Positions 24,348 to 36,741 of a DNA stretch of 64,000 bases are shown one piece after another; within the stretch, counting starts at the first letter, position 1; each line of letters starts with the position of its first letter. The notes beneath the pieces are model-generated. The model saw only the letters and a program-made list of their open reading frames with translations. It did no database searches and was not told the origin of the DNA. A program made the position numbers and the translations under genes. Origin of the DNA: Escherichia coli (GTDB lineage Bacteria; Pseudomonadota; Gammaproteobacteria; Enterobacterales; Enterobacteriaceae); the NCBI RefSeq assembly GCF_044324785.1, contig NZ_CP172127.1, one strand, 5' to 3'.

Positions 24348-26830
24348 AACTCAGTCGTCGTAGCTTTATGAAAGCTAACGCCGTTGCGGCCGCTGCGGCG
24401 GCTGCCGGTCTCAGCGTGCCGGGCGTTGCCCGCGCCGTTGTTGGTCAGCAGGAAGCCATTAAATGGGATAAAGCGCCGTGCCGTTTCTGCGGTACTGGTT
24501 GCGGCGTTCTGGTCGGAACGCAGCAGGGGCGTGTGGTGGCCTGTCAGGGCGACCCGGACGCACCGGTTAACCGTGGTCTGAACTGCATTAAGGGCTATTT
24601 CCTGCCCAAGATCATGTACGGTAAAGACCGTTTGACGCAGCCGCTTCTGCGTATGAAAAACGGTAAATATGACAAAGAAGGCGAATTTACCCCAATCACC
24701 TGGGATCAGGCCTTCGATGTGATGGAAGAGAAATTCAAAACCGCCCTGAAAGAAAAAGGGCCGGAATCGATCGGTATGTTCGGTTCTGGTCAGTGGACTA
24801 TCTGGGAAGGTTATGCCGCGTCCAAGCTGTTTAAAGCGGGCTTCCGTTCGAACAACATCGACCCGAACGCGCGTCACTGTATGGCGTCGGCGGTAGTTGG
24901 CTTTATGCGTACCTTTGGTATGGATGAGCCGATGGGCTGCTATGACGACATCGAGCAGGCTGACGCGTTTGTGCTGTGGGGCGCTAACATGGCGGAAATG
25001 CACCCGATCCTCTGGTCACGCATCACTAACCGTCGTCTCTCTAACCAGAACGTCACCGTGGCGGTGCTTTCTACCTACCAGCATCGTAGCTTCGAGCTGG
25101 CGGATAACGGCATCATCTTTACGCCGCAATCTGACCTGGTGATCCTGAACTACATCGCCAACTATATCATTCAAAACAATGCGATAAATCAGGACTTCTT
25201 CAGCAAGCACGTTAACCTGCGCAAAGGGGCGACGGACATCGGCTACGGTTTACGTCCGACCCATCCGCTGGAAAAAGCAGCGAAGAATCCAGGTTCTGAC
25301 GCCTCCGAACCGATGAGCTTTGAAGATTACAAAGCCTTCGTTGCTGAGTATACGCTGGAAAAAACCGCTGAAATGACCGGCGTGCCGAAAGACCAGTTAG
25401 AACAACTGGCGCAGCTGTATGCAGATCCGAACAAGAAAGTCATCTCCTACTGGACGATGGGCTTCAACCAGCATACCCGTGGTGTATGGGCCAACAACCT
25501 GGTCTACAACCTGCACCTGCTGACCGGCAAAATTTCCCAGCCGGGTTGCGGTCCGTTCTCCCTGACCGGGCAGCCTTCCGCGTGTGGTACTGCGCGTGAA
25601 GTGGGCACCTTTGCTCACCGTCTGCCTGCGGACATGGTGGTGACTAACGAGAAACACCGTGATATTTGCGAGAAGAAGTGGAATATCCCGAGCGGCACCA
25701 TTCCGGCGAAAATCGGTCTGCACGCGGTAGCACAAGACCGTGCGCTGAAAGACGGCAAGCTGAATGTTTACTGGACCATGTGTACCAACAACATGCAGGC
25801 CGGGCCGAACATTAATGAAGAGCGTATGCCGGGCTGGCGCGATCCGCGCAACTTTATCATCGTTTCCGATCCGTATCCGACAGTCAGTGCGCTGGCCGCC
25901 GACTTGATCCTGCCGACCGCAATGTGGGTAGAGAAAGAGGGGGCTTACGGTAACGCCGAACGCCGTACTCAATTCTGGCGTCAGCAGGTACAGGCACCGG
26001 GCGAAGCGAAATCGGATCTCTGGCAGTTAGTTCAGTTCTCCCGCCGCTTCAAAACTGAAGAAGTATGGCCGGAAGAGCTGCTGGCGAAGAAACCGGAACT
26101 GCGTGGCAAAACGCTGTACGAAGTTCTGTATGCCACACCGGAAGTGAGCAAATTCCCGGTATCCGAACTGGCGGAAGATCAGCTGAACGATGAATCCCGC
26201 GAGCTGGGCTTCTATCTGCAAAAAGGGCTGTTCGAAGAGTACGCATGGTTTGGTCGCGGTCACGGTCACGATCTCGCGCCGTTCGATGACTACCACAAAG
26301 CGCGCGGTCTGCGCTGGCCGGTGGTGAACGGTAAAGAAACGCAGTGGCGTTACAGCGAAGGTAACGACCCGTACGTGAAAGCGGGCGAAGGCTATAAGTT
26401 CTACGGTAAACCGGATGGCAAAGCGGTGATCTTCGCACTGCCATTCGAACCGGCGGCGGAAGCACCGGATGAAGAGTACGACCTGTGGCTCTCTACCGGA
26501 CGCGTCCTGGAGCACTGGCACACCGGCAGTATGACTCGCCGTGTGCCGGAACTGCACCGCGCCTTCCCGGAAGCGGTCCTGTTTATTCACCCGCTGGATG
26601 CGAAAGCGCGCGATCTGCGCCGTGGCGACAAAGTGAAAGTGGTTTCTCGCCGTGGCGAAGTGATCTCGATTGTCGAAACGCGCGGTCGTAACCGTCCGCC
26701 GCAGGGCCTGGTGTACATGCCGTTCTTCGACGCCGCACAGCTGGTTAACAAACTGACGCTGGATGCGACCGATCCGCTCTCGAAAGAGACGGACTTCAAG
26801 AAGTGCGCGGTCAAACTGGAGAAGGTGTAA
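24344..26830 (+). CDS. napA: Periplasmic nitrate reductase catalytic subunit NapA, 828 aa
   Basis: Tat signal ([28 protein letters not shown]), an N-terminal 4Fe-4S cysteine cluster and a molybdopterin oxidoreductase fold. Confidence 0.95.
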   Translation: MKLSRRSFMKANAVAAAAAAAGLSVPGVARAVVGQQEAIKWDKAPCRFCGTGCGVLVGTQQGRVVACQGDPDAPVNRGLNCIKGYFLPKIMYGKDRLTQPLLRMKNGKYDKEGEFTPITWDQAFDVMEEKFKTALKEKGPESIGMFGSGQWTIWEGYAASKLFKAGFRSNNIDPNARHCMASAVVGFMRTFGMDEPMGCYDDIEQADAFVLWGANMAEMHPILWSRITNRRLSNQNVTVAVLSTYQHRSFELADNGIIFTPQSDLVILNYIANYIIQNNAINQDFFSKHVNLRKGATDIGYGLRPTHPLEKAAKNPGSDASEPMSFEDYKAFVAEYTLEKTAEMTGVPKDQLEQLAQLYADPNKKVISYWTMGFNQHTRGVWANNLVYNLHLLTGKISQPGCGPFSLTGQPSACGTAREVGTFAHRLPADMVVTNEKHRDICEKKWNIPSGTIPAKIGLHAVAQDRALKDGKLNVYWTMCTNNMQAGPNINEERMPGWRDPRNFIIVSDPYPTVSALAADLILPTAMWVEKEGAYGNAERRTQFWRQQVQAPGEAKSDLWQLVQFSRRFKTEEVWPEELLAKKPELRGKTLYEVLYATPEVSKFPVSELAEDQLNDESRELGFYLQKGLFEEYAWFGRGHGHDLAPFDDYHKARGLRWPVVNGKETQWRYSEGNDPYVKAGEGYKFYGKPDGKAVIFALPFEPAAEAPDEEYDLWLSTGRVLEHWHTGSMTRRVPELHRAFPEAVLFIHPLDAKARDLRRGDKVKVVSRRGEVISIVETRGRNRPPQGLVYMPFFDAAQLVNKLTLDATDPLSKETDFKKCAVKLEKV

Positions 26831-26836
26831 GCCATT

Positions 26837-27532
26837 ATGTCCCGGTCAGCGAAACCTCAAAATGGTCGCCGCCGCTTTCTGCGCGATGTCGTTCGCACAG
26901 CAGGCGGGCTGGCTGCCGTGGGTGTGGCGCTGGGGTTACAACAGCAAACCGCACGCGCATCTGGCGTGCGGTTGCGCCCGCCCGGAGCCATAAACGAGAA
27001 CGCCTTTGCCAGTGCCTGTGTGCGTTGCGGTCAGTGTGTTCAGGCTTGCCCTTACGACACCTTAAAACTGGCGACGCTGGCCTCTGGTCTGTCGGCGGGC
27101 ACGCCATATTTTGTCGCACGGGATATTCCTTGCGAAATGTGTGAGGACATTCCGTGCGCCAAAGTGTGCCCAAGCGGTGCGCTGGATCGTGAGATCGAAT
27201 CGATCGACGACGCGCGGATGGGGCTGGCGGTACTGGTGGACCAGGAAAACTGTCTCAACTTTCAGGGGCTGCGCTGCGATGTTTGTTATCGCGAATGCCC
27301 GAAAATTGATGAGGCCATCACCCTGGAGCTGGAGCGCAACACGCGTACCGGTAAGCACGCCCGCTTTCTGCCGACGGTTCACAGCGACGCCTGTACCGGT
27401 TGCGGTAAGTGCGAAAAAGTGTGCGTGCTGGAACAACCGGCAATCAAGGTGTTACCGCTGTCACTGGCGAAAGGGGAGTTAGGTCACCATTACCGCTTCG
27501 GCTGGCTGGAGGGGAACAATGGCAAATCGTAA
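26837..27532 (+). CDS. napG: Ferredoxin-type protein NapG, 231 aa
   Basis: Tat-like RRRFLR signal and four 4Fe-4S cysteine motifs. Confidence 0.9.
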
Positions 27533-28382
27533 ACGTGACGCCGGGCGCGAGGCGCTGGAGAAAAAAGGCTGGTGGCGCAGTCACCGTTGGCTGGTGTTAC
27601 GTCGCCTTTGTCAGTTCTTCGTGCTGGGGATGTTTTTGAGCGGTCCGTGGTTTGGTGTGTGGATCTTGCACGGCAACTACAGCAGTAGCCTGTTATTCGA
27701 CACCGTTCCGCTGACCGATCCGCTGATGACGCTGCAAAGTCTTGCCAGCGGTCATCTGCCTGCCATGGTGGCGTTGACCGGTGCGGTGATTATTACCGTG
27801 CTCTACGCCCTGGCAGGAAAGCGATTATTTTGCAGCTGGGTCTGCCCGCTGAACCCAATTACCGACTTAGCAAATTGGTTACGCAGGCGCTTTGACCTCA
27901 ATCAGTCTGCGACGATCCCTCGCCACATTCGCTACGTGCTGTTGGTGGTCATTCTGCTGGGATCGGCCTTAACTGGCACGCTCATCTGGGAATGGATCAA
28001 CCCCGTTTCTCTGATGGGACGTAGCCTGGTAATGGGCTTCGGCAGCGGCGCGCTGCTTATTCTCGCGCTGTTTTTATTTGATCTACTGGTCGTTGAACAC
28101 GGCTGGTGCGGGCACATTTGTCCGGTTGGCGCGCTGTATGGCGTGCTGGGTAGCAAAGGTGTGATTACCGTTGCGGCCACCGATCGGCAGAAATGTAACC
28201 GCTGTATGGATTGTTTTCATGTTTGCCCGGAACCGCATGTGCTACGTGCCCCGGTGCTGGATGAACAAAGCCCGGTGCAGGTCACCAGCCGCGATTGCAT
28301 GACGTGCGGTCGCTGCGTGGATGTCTGTTCTGAGGATGTATTTACAATAACTACACGATGGAGTTCGGGAGCGAAATCATGA
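27519..28382 (+). CDS. napH: Membrane ferredoxin-type protein NapH, 287 aa
   Basis: TM segments plus C-terminal CxxCxxCxxxCP motifs. Confidence 0.9.
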
Positions 28383-28828
28383 AAAGCCATGACCTGAAGA
28401 AAGCGCTGTGTCAATGGACGGCGATGCTGGCCCTGGTGGTGAGCGGCGCGGTTTGGGCGGCAAATGGCGTCGATTTTAGCCAGTCGCCGGAAGTATCCGG
28501 GACGCAGGAAGGGGCCATTCGGATGCCAAAAGAGCAGGATCGGATGCCGCTGAACTACGTGAATCAGCCGCCAATGATCCCACATAGCGTTGAAGGTTAT
28601 CAGGTAACGACCAATACCAACCGCTGCTTGCAGTGCCACGGTGTCGAAAGTTATCGCACCACTGGCGCGCCGCGTATCAGTCCTACTCACTTTATGGACA
28701 GCGACGGCAAAGTGGGCGCGGAAGTGGCTCCGCGTCGTTATTTCTGTCTGCAATGTCACGTACCGCAGGCCGATACCGCGCCAATCGTGGGGAATACCTT
28801 TACCCCATCAAAAGGTTACGGGAAATAA
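28379..28828 (+). CDS. napB: Dihaem cytochrome c NapB, 149 aa
   Basis: Signal peptide and two CxxCH haem motifs (CLQCH twice). Start set at MKSHDLKK. Confidence 0.9.
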   Translation: MKSHDLKKALCQWTAMLALVVSGAVWAANGVDFSQSPEVSGTQEGAIRMPKEQDRMPLNYVNQPPMIPHSVEGYQVTTNTNRCLQCHGVESYRTTGAPRISPTHFMDSDGKVGAEVAPRRYFCLQCHVPQADTAPIVGNTFTPSKGYGK

Positions 28829-28837
28829 GAGGTTATT

Positions 28838-29440
28838 ATGGGAAATTCTGACCGTAAGCCTGGTCTGATTAAGCGCCTGTGGAAATGGTGGCGTACCCCC
28901 AGCCGTCTGGCGCTGGGGACGCTGCTGTTAATCGGCTTTGTTGGCGGCATCGTCTTCTGGGGTGGCTTTAACACCGGGATGGAAAAAGCCAATACCGAAG
29001 AGTTCTGCATTAGCTGCCACGAAATGCGCAACACGGTGTATCAGGAATACATGGATTCCGTGCACTACAACAACCGTAGCGGCGTCCGTGCGACCTGTCC
29101 GGATTGTCACGTTCCGCACGAGTTTGTGCCGAAGATGATACGCAAGCTCAAAGCAAGTAAAGAGCTGTATGGTAAAATTTTTGGCGTTATTGACACGCCG
29201 CAGAAATTTGAAGCTCATCGCCTGACGATGGCACAGAATGAGTGGCGGCGCATGAAGGACAATAACTCGCAGGAGTGCCGTAACTGTCACAACTTCGAGT
29301 ATATGGATACAACCGCCCAGAAATCGGTTGCCGCGAAGATGCATGACCAGGCGGTGAAAGATGGGCAAACCTGTATTGATTGCCATAAAGGGATAGCGCA
29401 CAAGCTGCCCGATATGCGTGAAGTCGAGCCAGGTTTTTAA
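28838..29440 (+). CDS. napC: Tetrahaem cytochrome c NapC (NapC/NirT family), 200 aa
   Basis: N-terminal TM anchor and four CxxCH motifs (CISCH, CPDCH, CRNCH, CIDCH). Confidence 0.92.
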   Translation: MGNSDRKPGLIKRLWKWWRTPSRLALGTLLLIGFVGGIVFWGGFNTGMEKANTEEFCISCHEMRNTVYQEYMDSVHYNNRSGVRATCPDCHVPHEFVPKMIRKLKASKELYGKIFGVIDTPQKFEAHRLTMAQNEWRRMKDNNSQECRNCHNFEYMDTTAQKSVAAKMHDQAVKDGQTCIDCHKGIAHKLPDMREVEPGF

Positions 29441-29452
29441 CAGGGTTATTGC

Positions 29453-30076
29453 GTGGGTATGCTTGAAGCCAGAGAGTTACTTTGCGAGCGGGATGAACGA
29501 ACCTTATTTAGTGGCTTGTCATTTACGCTGAACGCAGGAGAGTGGGTACAAATCACCGGTAGCAACGGCGCGGGGAAGACAACGCTTCTCCGTTTGCTGA
29601 CGGGGTTGTCTCGCCCTGATGCGGGTGACGTTCTCTGGCAAGGGCAGCCCTTGCATCAGGTACGCGACAGCTACCATCAAAACCTGTTATGGATAGGCCA
29701 TCAGCCGGGGATCAAAACCCGGCTGACGGCGTTAGAAAATCTGCACTTTTATCATCGCGATGGCGATACCGCACAATGTCTGGAAGCCCTGGCGCAGGCC
29801 GGGCTTGCCGGATTCGAAGATATTCCGGTAAATCAACTTTCTGCCGGGCAACAACGCCGCGTCGCTTTAGCGCGTCTGTGGCTGACCCGTGCCACGTTAT
29901 GGATCCTCGACGAGCCTTTTACCGCGATTGACGTCAACGGCGTCGATCGTCTGACCCAGCGTATGGCGCAGCATACGGAGCAGGGGGGGATTGTGATTCT
30001 GACTACCCACCAGCCGCTCAACGTTGCTGAAAGTAAAATTCGCCGCATTTCACTGACGCAAACGGGGGCCGCATGA
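29453..30076 (+). CDS. ccmA: Cytochrome c maturation ABC ATPase CcmA, 207 aa
   Basis: Walker A (GSNGAGKTT), ABC signature (LSAGQQRR), Walker B (ILDEP). Confidence 0.92.
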   Translation: MGMLEARELLCERDERTLFSGLSFTLNAGEWVQITGSNGAGKTTLLRLLTGLSRPDAGDVLWQGQPLHQVRDSYHQNLLWIGHQPGIKTRLTALENLHFYHRDGDTAQCLEALAQAGLAGFEDIPVNQLSAGQQRRVALARLWLTRATLWILDEPFTAIDVNGVDRLTQRMAQHTEQGGIVILTTHQPLNVAESKIRRISLTQTGAA

Positions 30077-30735
30077 TGTTCTGGCGCATTTTCCGTCTTG
30101 AGCTGCGCGTAGCGTTTCGCCATAGCGCCGAAATCGCCAACCCGCTGTGGTTCTTCCTGATTGTAATTACCCTTTTTCCGCTCAGTATCGGTCCGGAGCC
30201 GCAACTGCTGGCGCGTATTGCACCGGGCGTTATCTGGGTTGCCGCACTGCTTTCATCCTTGCTGGCACTGGAGCGTCTGTTCCGTGACGATTTGCAGGAC
30301 GGCAGTCTTGAACAATTGATGTTGTTGCCGTTACCCTTGCCCGCCGTTGTGCTGGCGAAGGTGATGGCGCACTGGATGGTAACCGGTCTGCCGTTACTCA
30401 TCCTTTCGCCCCTGGTAGCAATGCTACTGGGAATGGATGTTTATGGCTGGCAAGTGATGGCGCTGACGCTGCTGCTGGGAACCCCTACGCTTGGCTTTCT
30501 CGGTGCACCGGGCGTGGCGCTGACAGTGGGACTTAAGCGCGGTGGTGTGCTGCTCAGCATTCTCGTATTACCGCTGACTATCCCATTACTCATCTTTGCC
30601 ACCGCCGCGATGGACGCGGCTTCTATGCATTTGCCCGTTGATGGGTATCTGGCAATTTTAGGCGCGTTGCTGGCAGGCACCGCGACATTAAGTCCTTTTG
30701 CGACGGCGGCAGCGTTACGAATCAGCATTCAATAA
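30073..30735 (+). CDS. ccmB: Haem exporter membrane protein CcmB, 220 aa
   Basis: Polytopic membrane protein overlapping the ccmA stop. Confidence 0.92.
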   Translation: MMFWRIFRLELRVAFRHSAEIANPLWFFLIVITLFPLSIGPEPQLLARIAPGVIWVAALLSSLLALERLFRDDLQDGSLEQLMLLPLPLPAVVLAKVMAHWMVTGLPLLILSPLVAMLLGMDVYGWQVMALTLLLGTPTLGFLGAPGVALTVGLKRGGVLLSILVLPLTIPLLIFATAAMDAASMHLPVDGYLAILGALLAGTATLSPFATAAALRISIQ

Positions 30736-30776
30736 CGCTGGATTACTGATTTTTGTTCGAGTCTGGTATCGAAACT

Positions 30777-31514
30777 ATGTGGAAAACACTGCATCAACTG
30801 GCGATCCCACCACGGCTGTATCAAATCTGTGGCTGGTTTATACCGTGGCTGGCAATTGCCAGTGTGGTCGTGCTTACCGTCGGCTGGATCTGGGGATTCG
30901 GCTTTGCTCCGGCTGATTATCAGCAGGGAAATAGCTACCGCATTATCTACCTGCATGTGCCTGCGGCGATCTGGTCGATGGGCATTTATGCATCAATGGC
31001 GGTGGCGGCTTTTATTGGCCTTGTCTGGCAGATGAAAATGGCCAACCTGGCGGTGGCGGCGATGGCCCCCATTGGTGCCGTGTTTACCTTTATTGCCCTG
31101 GTTACCGGCTCTGCATGGGGAAAACCGATGTGGGGCACCTGGTGGGTATGGGATGCACGTCTGACTTCTGAACTGGTACTGCTGTTTTTGTATGTGGGTG
31201 TGATTGCCCTGTGGCACGCCTTCGACGACCGCCGTCTGGCGGGCCGTGCGGCAGGTATCCTGGTGCTGATTGGCGTGGTGAATCTGCCGATTATTCATTA
31301 CTCCGTGGAGTGGTGGAACACCCTGCATCAGGGATCAACGCGGATGCAGCAAAGTATCGATCCGGCGATGCGTTCGCCGCTGCGCTGGTCGATTTTTGGC
31401 TTCCTGCTGCTGTCTGCCACGCTGACGCTGATGCGGATGCGTAATTTGATTTTGCTGATGGAAAAACGCCGTCCGTGGGTGAGTGAACTGATACTGAAAA
31501 GAGGCCGTAAATGA
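30777..31514 (+). CDS. ccmC: Haem exporter protein CcmC, 245 aa
   Basis: MWKTLHQLAIPPRLYQ... with a WGxxWxWD tryptophan-rich motif (WGTWWVWDARL). Start set at MWKT. Confidence 0.92.
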   Translation: MWKTLHQLAIPPRLYQICGWFIPWLAIASVVVLTVGWIWGFGFAPADYQQGNSYRIIYLHVPAAIWSMGIYASMAVAAFIGLVWQMKMANLAVAAMAPIGAVFTFIALVTGSAWGKPMWGTWWVWDARLTSELVLLFLYVGVIALWHAFDDRRLAGRAAGILVLIGVVNLPIIHYSVEWWNTLHQGSTRMQQSIDPAMRSPLRWSIFGFLLLSATLTLMRMRNLILLMEKRRPWVSELILKRGRK

Positions 31515-31720
31515 CCCCTGCATTTGCTTCCTGGAATGAATTTTTCGCAATGGGCGGTTACGCCTTTTTTGTCTGGCTGGCGGTGGTGATGACCGTTATT
31601 CCGCTGGTGGTTTTGGTCGTGCACTCGGTGATGCAGCATCGCGCAATTCTGCGTGGCGTGGCGCAACAGCGGGCGCGTGAGGCGCGTTTACGTGCTGCGC
31701 AACAGCAGGAGGCTGCATGA
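31511..31720 (+). CDS. ccmD: CcmD, 69 aa
   Basis: Small single-TM protein between ccmC and ccmE. Confidence 0.88.
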
Positions 31721-32196
31721 ATATTCGCCGTAAAAACCGCTTGTGGATTGCCTGTGCCGTTTTGGCGGGGCTGGCGCTGACTATCGGTCTGGTGCTATAT
31801 GCGCTGCGCTCGAATATCGATCTCTTTTATACGCCGGGGGAAATTCTCTACGGCAAGCGTGAGACTCAGCAGATGCCGGAAGTCGGTCAGCGTCTGCGCG
31901 TTGGCGGGATGGTGATGCCGGGTAGTGTGCAGCGCGATCCCAATTCGCTAAAAGTAACTTTCACCATTTACGACGCTGAAGGTTCAGTAGATGTCTCTTA
32001 CGAAGGCATTTTGCCGGATCTGTTCCGTGAAGGGCAGGGCGTTGTGGTGCAGGGCGAACTGGAAAAAGGCAATCATATCCTCGCGAAAGAAGTGCTGGCG
32101 AAACACGATGAAAACTACACGCCGCCAGAAGTTGAGAAAGCGATGGAAGCCAATCACCGTCGCCCGGCGAGTGTTTATAAGGACCCAGCATCATGA
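31717..32196 (+). CDS. ccmE: Haem chaperone CcmE, 159 aa
   Basis: N-terminal TM anchor and OB-fold domain; conserved position. Confidence 0.92.
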
Positions 32197-34136
32197 TGCC
32201 GGAAATTGGTAACGGACTGCTGTGTCTGGCGCTAGGAGTTGCGCTGCTGCTGTCCGTGTATCCGCTATGGGGCGTAGCGCGCGGAGATGCGCGCATGATG
32301 GCGTCTTCCCGCTTGTTTGCCTGGCTGCTGTTTATGTCTGTGGCTGGCGCATTTCTGGTACTGGTCAATGCCTTCGTGGTCAACGACTTTACCGTCACCT
32401 ATGTTGCCAGCAACTCCAATACCCAGCTCCCGGTGTGGTATCGCGTGGCGGCTACCTGGGGCGCGCATGAAGGCTCGCTCCTGCTGTGGGTGCTGCTGAT
32501 GAGCGGCTGGACCTTTGCGGTAGCGATTTTTAGTCAGCGTATTCCGCTGGATATTGTGGCCCGTGTACTGGCGATAATGGGGATGGTCAGTGTCGGCTTT
32601 TTGCTGTTCATTCTCTTTACCTCTAACCCGTTCTCACGCACGCTGCCGAATTTCCCGATTGAAGGGCGCGATCTTAACCCGCTGTTGCAGGATCCGGGGC
32701 TGATCTTCCATCCGCCTCTGCTCTATATGGGGTACGTCGGTTTCTCGGTGGCGTTTGCTTTCGCCATTGCTTCTTTGTTGAGTGGGCGTCTGGACAGCAC
32801 CTATGCGCGTTTTACCCGTCCGTGGACGCTGGCAGCGTGGATCTTCCTGACGCTCGGCATTGTGCTCGGTTCCGCATGGGCCTATTACGAACTCGGCTGG
32901 GGTGGCTGGTGGTTCTGGGATCCGGTAGAAAACGCCTCGTTTATGCCGTGGCTGGTGGGGACTGCGCTGATGCACTCACTGGCGGTCACTGAACAACGCG
33001 CCAGCTTCAAAGCGTGGACATTACTGCTGGCAATCAGTGCCTTCTCGTTGTGTCTGTTGGGGACTTTCCTCGTGCGTTCCGGCGTGCTGGTATCGGTACA
33101 CGCGTTTGCCTCTGATCCGGCGCGCGGCATGTTTATCCTCGCCTTTATGGTGCTGGTGATTGGCGGTTCGCTGCTGCTGTTTGCCGCGCGTGGACACAAA
33201 GTTCGCTCACGCGTAAACAATGCGCTGTGGTCGCGAGAATCTCTGCTGTTAGCGAACAACGTTTTGCTGGTCGCCGCGATGCTGGTGGTGTTGCTGGGGA
33301 CGCTGCTGCCGCTGGTGCACAAGCAACTGGGACTGGGCAGTATTTCGATTGGCGAACCGTTCTTCAACACCATGTTTACCTGGCTGATGGTGCCGTTTGC
33401 GCTACTGCTGGGTGTCGGTCCTCTGGTGCGCTGGGGGCGCGATCGCCCACGTAAAATCCGCAATTTATTGATTATCGCCTTCATCTCAACGCTGGTGCTG
33501 TCGCTGCTGTTGCCGTGGCTGTTCGAAAGCAAAGTTGTGGCGATGACGGTGCTCGGCCTGGCAATGGCCTGCTGGATTGCGGTGCTGGCAATTGCGGAAG
33601 CTGCGCTGCGTATTTCACGCGGCACGAAAACCACCTTCAGTTATTGGGGAATGGTGGCGGCTCACCTGGGGCTGGCAGTGACAATTGTTGGTATTGCCTT
33701 TAGCCAGAACTATAGCGTTGAGCGTGATGTGCGCATGAAGTCCGGCGATAGCGTCGATATTCATGAATATCGCTTCACCTTCCGTGATGTCAAAGAGGTG
33801 ACTGGCCCGAACTGGCGTGGCGGTGTGGCGACTATCGGCGTAACGCGCGATGGCAAGCCGGAAACGGTGCTGTATGCGGAAAAACGTTATTACAACACTG
33901 CCGGGTCGATGATGACCGAAGCGGCGATTGACGGCGGCATCACGCGTGACCTGTACGCCGCGCTCGGTGAAGAGCTGGAAAACGGCGCGTGGGCCGTGCG
34001 TCTTTACTACAAACCGTTTGTTCGCTGGATTTGGGCGGGCGGGCTGATGATGGCATTGGGCGGGCTGCTGTGCCTGTTTGATCCTCGCTATCGTAAGCGC
34101 GTGAACCCGCAGAAAACTGCGCCGGAGGCTGTATGA
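32193..34136 (+). CDS. ccmF: Cytochrome c haem lyase subunit CcmF, 647 aa
   Basis: Large polytopic membrane protein with a tryptophan-rich WWD motif ([14 protein letters not shown]). Confidence 0.92.
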
Positions 34137-34690
34137 AGCGCAAAGTATTGTTAATTCCTTTGATTATCTTCCTGGCGATTGCCGCGGCGCTGCTGTGGCA
34201 GCTGGCGCGTAATGCCGAAGGGGATGATCCGACCAATCTGGAATCGGCGCTCATTGGCAAGCCGGTGCCGAAGTTTCGCCTCGAATCACTGGACAATCCG
34301 GGGCAGTTTTATCAGGCGGATGTTCTGACTCAGGGCAAACCGGTGCTGCTTAACGTCTGGGCGACCTGGTGTCCGACCTGCCGTGCGGAACATCAATATC
34401 TGAATCAGCTTTCTGCGCAGGGCATCCGCGTGGTCGGCATGAACTATAAAGACGATCGCCAGAAGGCAATCAGCTGGCTGAAAGAGCTGGGCAATCCTTA
34501 CGCGCTAAGCCTGTTTGATGGCGATGGCATGTTAGGGCTGGATCTCGGTGTCTATGGCGCGCCAGAAACGTTCCTTATTGACGGCAACGGCATCATTCGC
34601 TATCGCCATGCGGGCGATCTCAATCCTCGCGTCTGGGAGGAAGAGATCAAGCCGCTGTGGGAGAAATACAGTAAGGAGGCCGCACAATGA
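34133..34690 (+). CDS. ccmG: Thiol:disulfide interchange protein CcmG/DsbE, 185 aa
   Basis: Thioredoxin-fold WCPTC active site. Confidence 0.92.
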   Translation: MKRKVLLIPLIIFLAIAAALLWQLARNAEGDDPTNLESALIGKPVPKFRLESLDNPGQFYQADVLTQGKPVLLNVWATWCPTCRAEHQYLNQLSAQGIRVVGMNYKDDRQKAISWLKELGNPYALSLFDGDGMLGLDLGVYGAPETFLIDGNGIIRYRHAGDLNPRVWEEEIKPLWEKYSKEAAQ

Positions 34691-35739
34691 GGTTTTTATT
34701 GGGCGTGCTGATGCTGATGATCTCCGGCTCAGCGCTGGCGACCATCGACGTGTTGCAGTTTAAAGATGAAGCACAGGAACAACAGTTCCGTCAGCTCACT
34801 GAAGAACTGCGCTGCCCGAAATGCCAGAACAACAGCATTGCCGATTCCAACTCGATGATTGCTACCGACCTGCGCCAGAAAGTGTATGAACTGATGCAGG
34901 AAGGTAAAAGTAAGAAAGAGATTGTCGATTATATGGTGGCGCGTTACGGCAACTTCGTCACTTACGATCCGCCGTTAACGCCGCTGACCGTGCTGCTGTG
35001 GGTGCTTCCGGTAGTGGCTATTGGCATTGGCGGTTGGGTCATTTACGCCCGTTCGCGGCGTCGGGTACGCGTGGTGCCGGACGCGTTTCCTGAACAAAGC
35101 GTGCCGGAAGGTAAGCGTGCCGGATATGTTGTTTATCTGCCGGGTATTGTGGTGGCGTTAATTGTGGCTGGCGTCAGCTACTACCAGACGGGCAATTATC
35201 AGCAGGTGAAAATCTGGCAGCAGGCCACGGCACAGGCTCCGGCGTTACTGGACAGGGCGCTGGATCCGAAAGCCGATCCGCTCAACGAAGAAGAGATGTC
35301 GCGCCTTGCGCTGGGGATGCGTACTCAACTGCAAAAAAATCCGGGAGATATAGAAGGCTGGATTATGTTGGGCCGCGTTGGTATGGCGCTGGGTAACGCC
35401 AGTATCGCCACCGATGCATACGCCACTGCGTATCGCCTCGATCCGAAGAACAGCGATGCTGCACTGGGATACGCTGAAGCGTTGACACGTTCATCTGATC
35501 CCAACGACAACCGTCTCGGCGGCGAACTGCTACGTCAGCTGGTGAGAACGGACCATAGCAATATCCGTGTGTTAAGCATGTATGCGTTTAATGCCTTTGA
35601 GCAGCAGCGATTTGGCGAAGCCGTTGCCGCGTGGGAGATGATGTTGAAACTCTTACCTGCCAACGATACTCGCCGTGCGGTGATTGAACGTAGTATCGCG
35701 CAGGCGATGCAACATTTGTCGCCGCAGGAGAGTAAATAA
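34687..35739 (+). CDS. ccmH: Cytochrome c maturation protein CcmH (fused CcmH/CcmI type), 350 aa
   Basis: LRCPKCQNNS motif, a TM segment and a C-terminal TPR-like region. Confidence 0.9.
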   Translation: MRFLLGVLMLMISGSALATIDVLQFKDEAQEQQFRQLTEELRCPKCQNNSIADSNSMIATDLRQKVYELMQEGKSKKEIVDYMVARYGNFVTYDPPLTPLTVLLWVLPVVAIGIGGWVIYARSRRRVRVVPDAFPEQSVPEGKRAGYVVYLPGIVVALIVAGVSYYQTGNYQQVKIWQQATAQAPALLDRALDPKADPLNEEEMSRLALGMRTQLQKNPGDIEGWIMLGRVGMALGNASIATDAYATAYRLDPKNSDAALGYAEALTRSSDPNDNRLGGELLRQLVRTDHSNIRVLSMYAFNAFEQQRFGEAVAAWEMMLKLLPANDTRRAVIERSIAQAMQHLSPQESK

Positions 35740-35773
35740 AAAGAGGCCCGATGGTGATGCCATCGGGCTATTT

Positions 35774-36421
35774 TTATTGTGCCCCGCGTTGTTGCAGGAA
35801 CAGAATGGTGGCCGCCACGCGTGAGCGGACATTGAGTTTACGCAGCAGATTGCGAATGTGTACTTTTACTGTCTGCTCGGAAATATTCAACACCGAGGCA
35901 ATCTGTTTATTTGACAGCCCCTGTGCCAGCTCGTGCAGAACATCCAGTTCGCGCTCCGTCAGCACGCTGAAGGGATCTTCTTCCGCGCCAAACATTTCAC
36001 GTTCACGTAAGTACTGATTGACGCGTTCGCTAAAGACTTTGCTGCCTTTCGCTCCGGCACGAATCGCTTCCAGCAACACTTCCGGGTCGCTGTCTTTCAA
36101 CAGATAACCGTCTGCGCCTGCGTCTATCAGCGCAAAGACATCGCTGGAGGCATCGGATACGGTCAGGATAATAATTTGCGCGGTAACGCCATCCCTGCGC
36201 AAGGCATTGAGGGTATCCAGGCCACTCATACCTTTCATATTGAGATCCAGCAAGATCACGTCGATATCCAGTCTATTCGCCAGATCGATCGCGCTCGCGC
36301 CGTCGCCCGCTTCGGCGACCACTTCAAAGCCAGGATCAAGCTCCAGTAACTGACGAACACCGCGTCGCATAAGTGGATGATCATCCACAATCATCACCTG
36401 AAAAGGCGTTGCTTCAGGCAT
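35774..36421 (-). CDS. narP: Nitrate/nitrite response regulator NarP, 215 aa
   Basis: MPEATPFQVMIVDDHPLMRRGVRQLL... receiver with a LuxR-type HTH. Start set at MPEAT; the ORF track has 10 extra codons. Confidence 0.92.
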   Translation of the reverse strand: MPEATPFQVMIVDDHPLMRRGVRQLLELDPGFEVVAEAGDGASAIDLANRLDIDVILLDLNMKGMSGLDTLNALRRDGVTAQIIILTVSDASSDVFALIDAGADGYLLKDSDPEVLLEAIRAGAKGSKVFSERVNQYLREREMFGAEEDPFSVLTERELDVLHELAQGLSNKQIASVLNISEQTVKVHIRNLLRKLNVRSRVAATILFLQQRGAQ

Positions 36422-36741
36422 AGTAGTCTCCTGAGGTTTTATTAGAATCATTATGTTTGAGCGTAGCGTTGGTAACGCTACCAGGCGCGTGAATGTTACC
36501 CCATTTTATGTATGGACATGTAGTGAAAACTACAACCTTGTCGTTCGCTTTGGCATCATTTTCATTATAAAGACGGAATTTTGCATCAGCTTCTCATCAA
36601 GAAAAACAACTAAAAAATCAATCACAATACTTGTGCATTTCTTTAAACAGTTTTTAAAAAACTGACTCCGGGTATGGAGCTATGGGTATTTTCTTTACCC
36701 AATGCTTTTAACAGCAATTAATTTCATAGGATGAAAGCTCA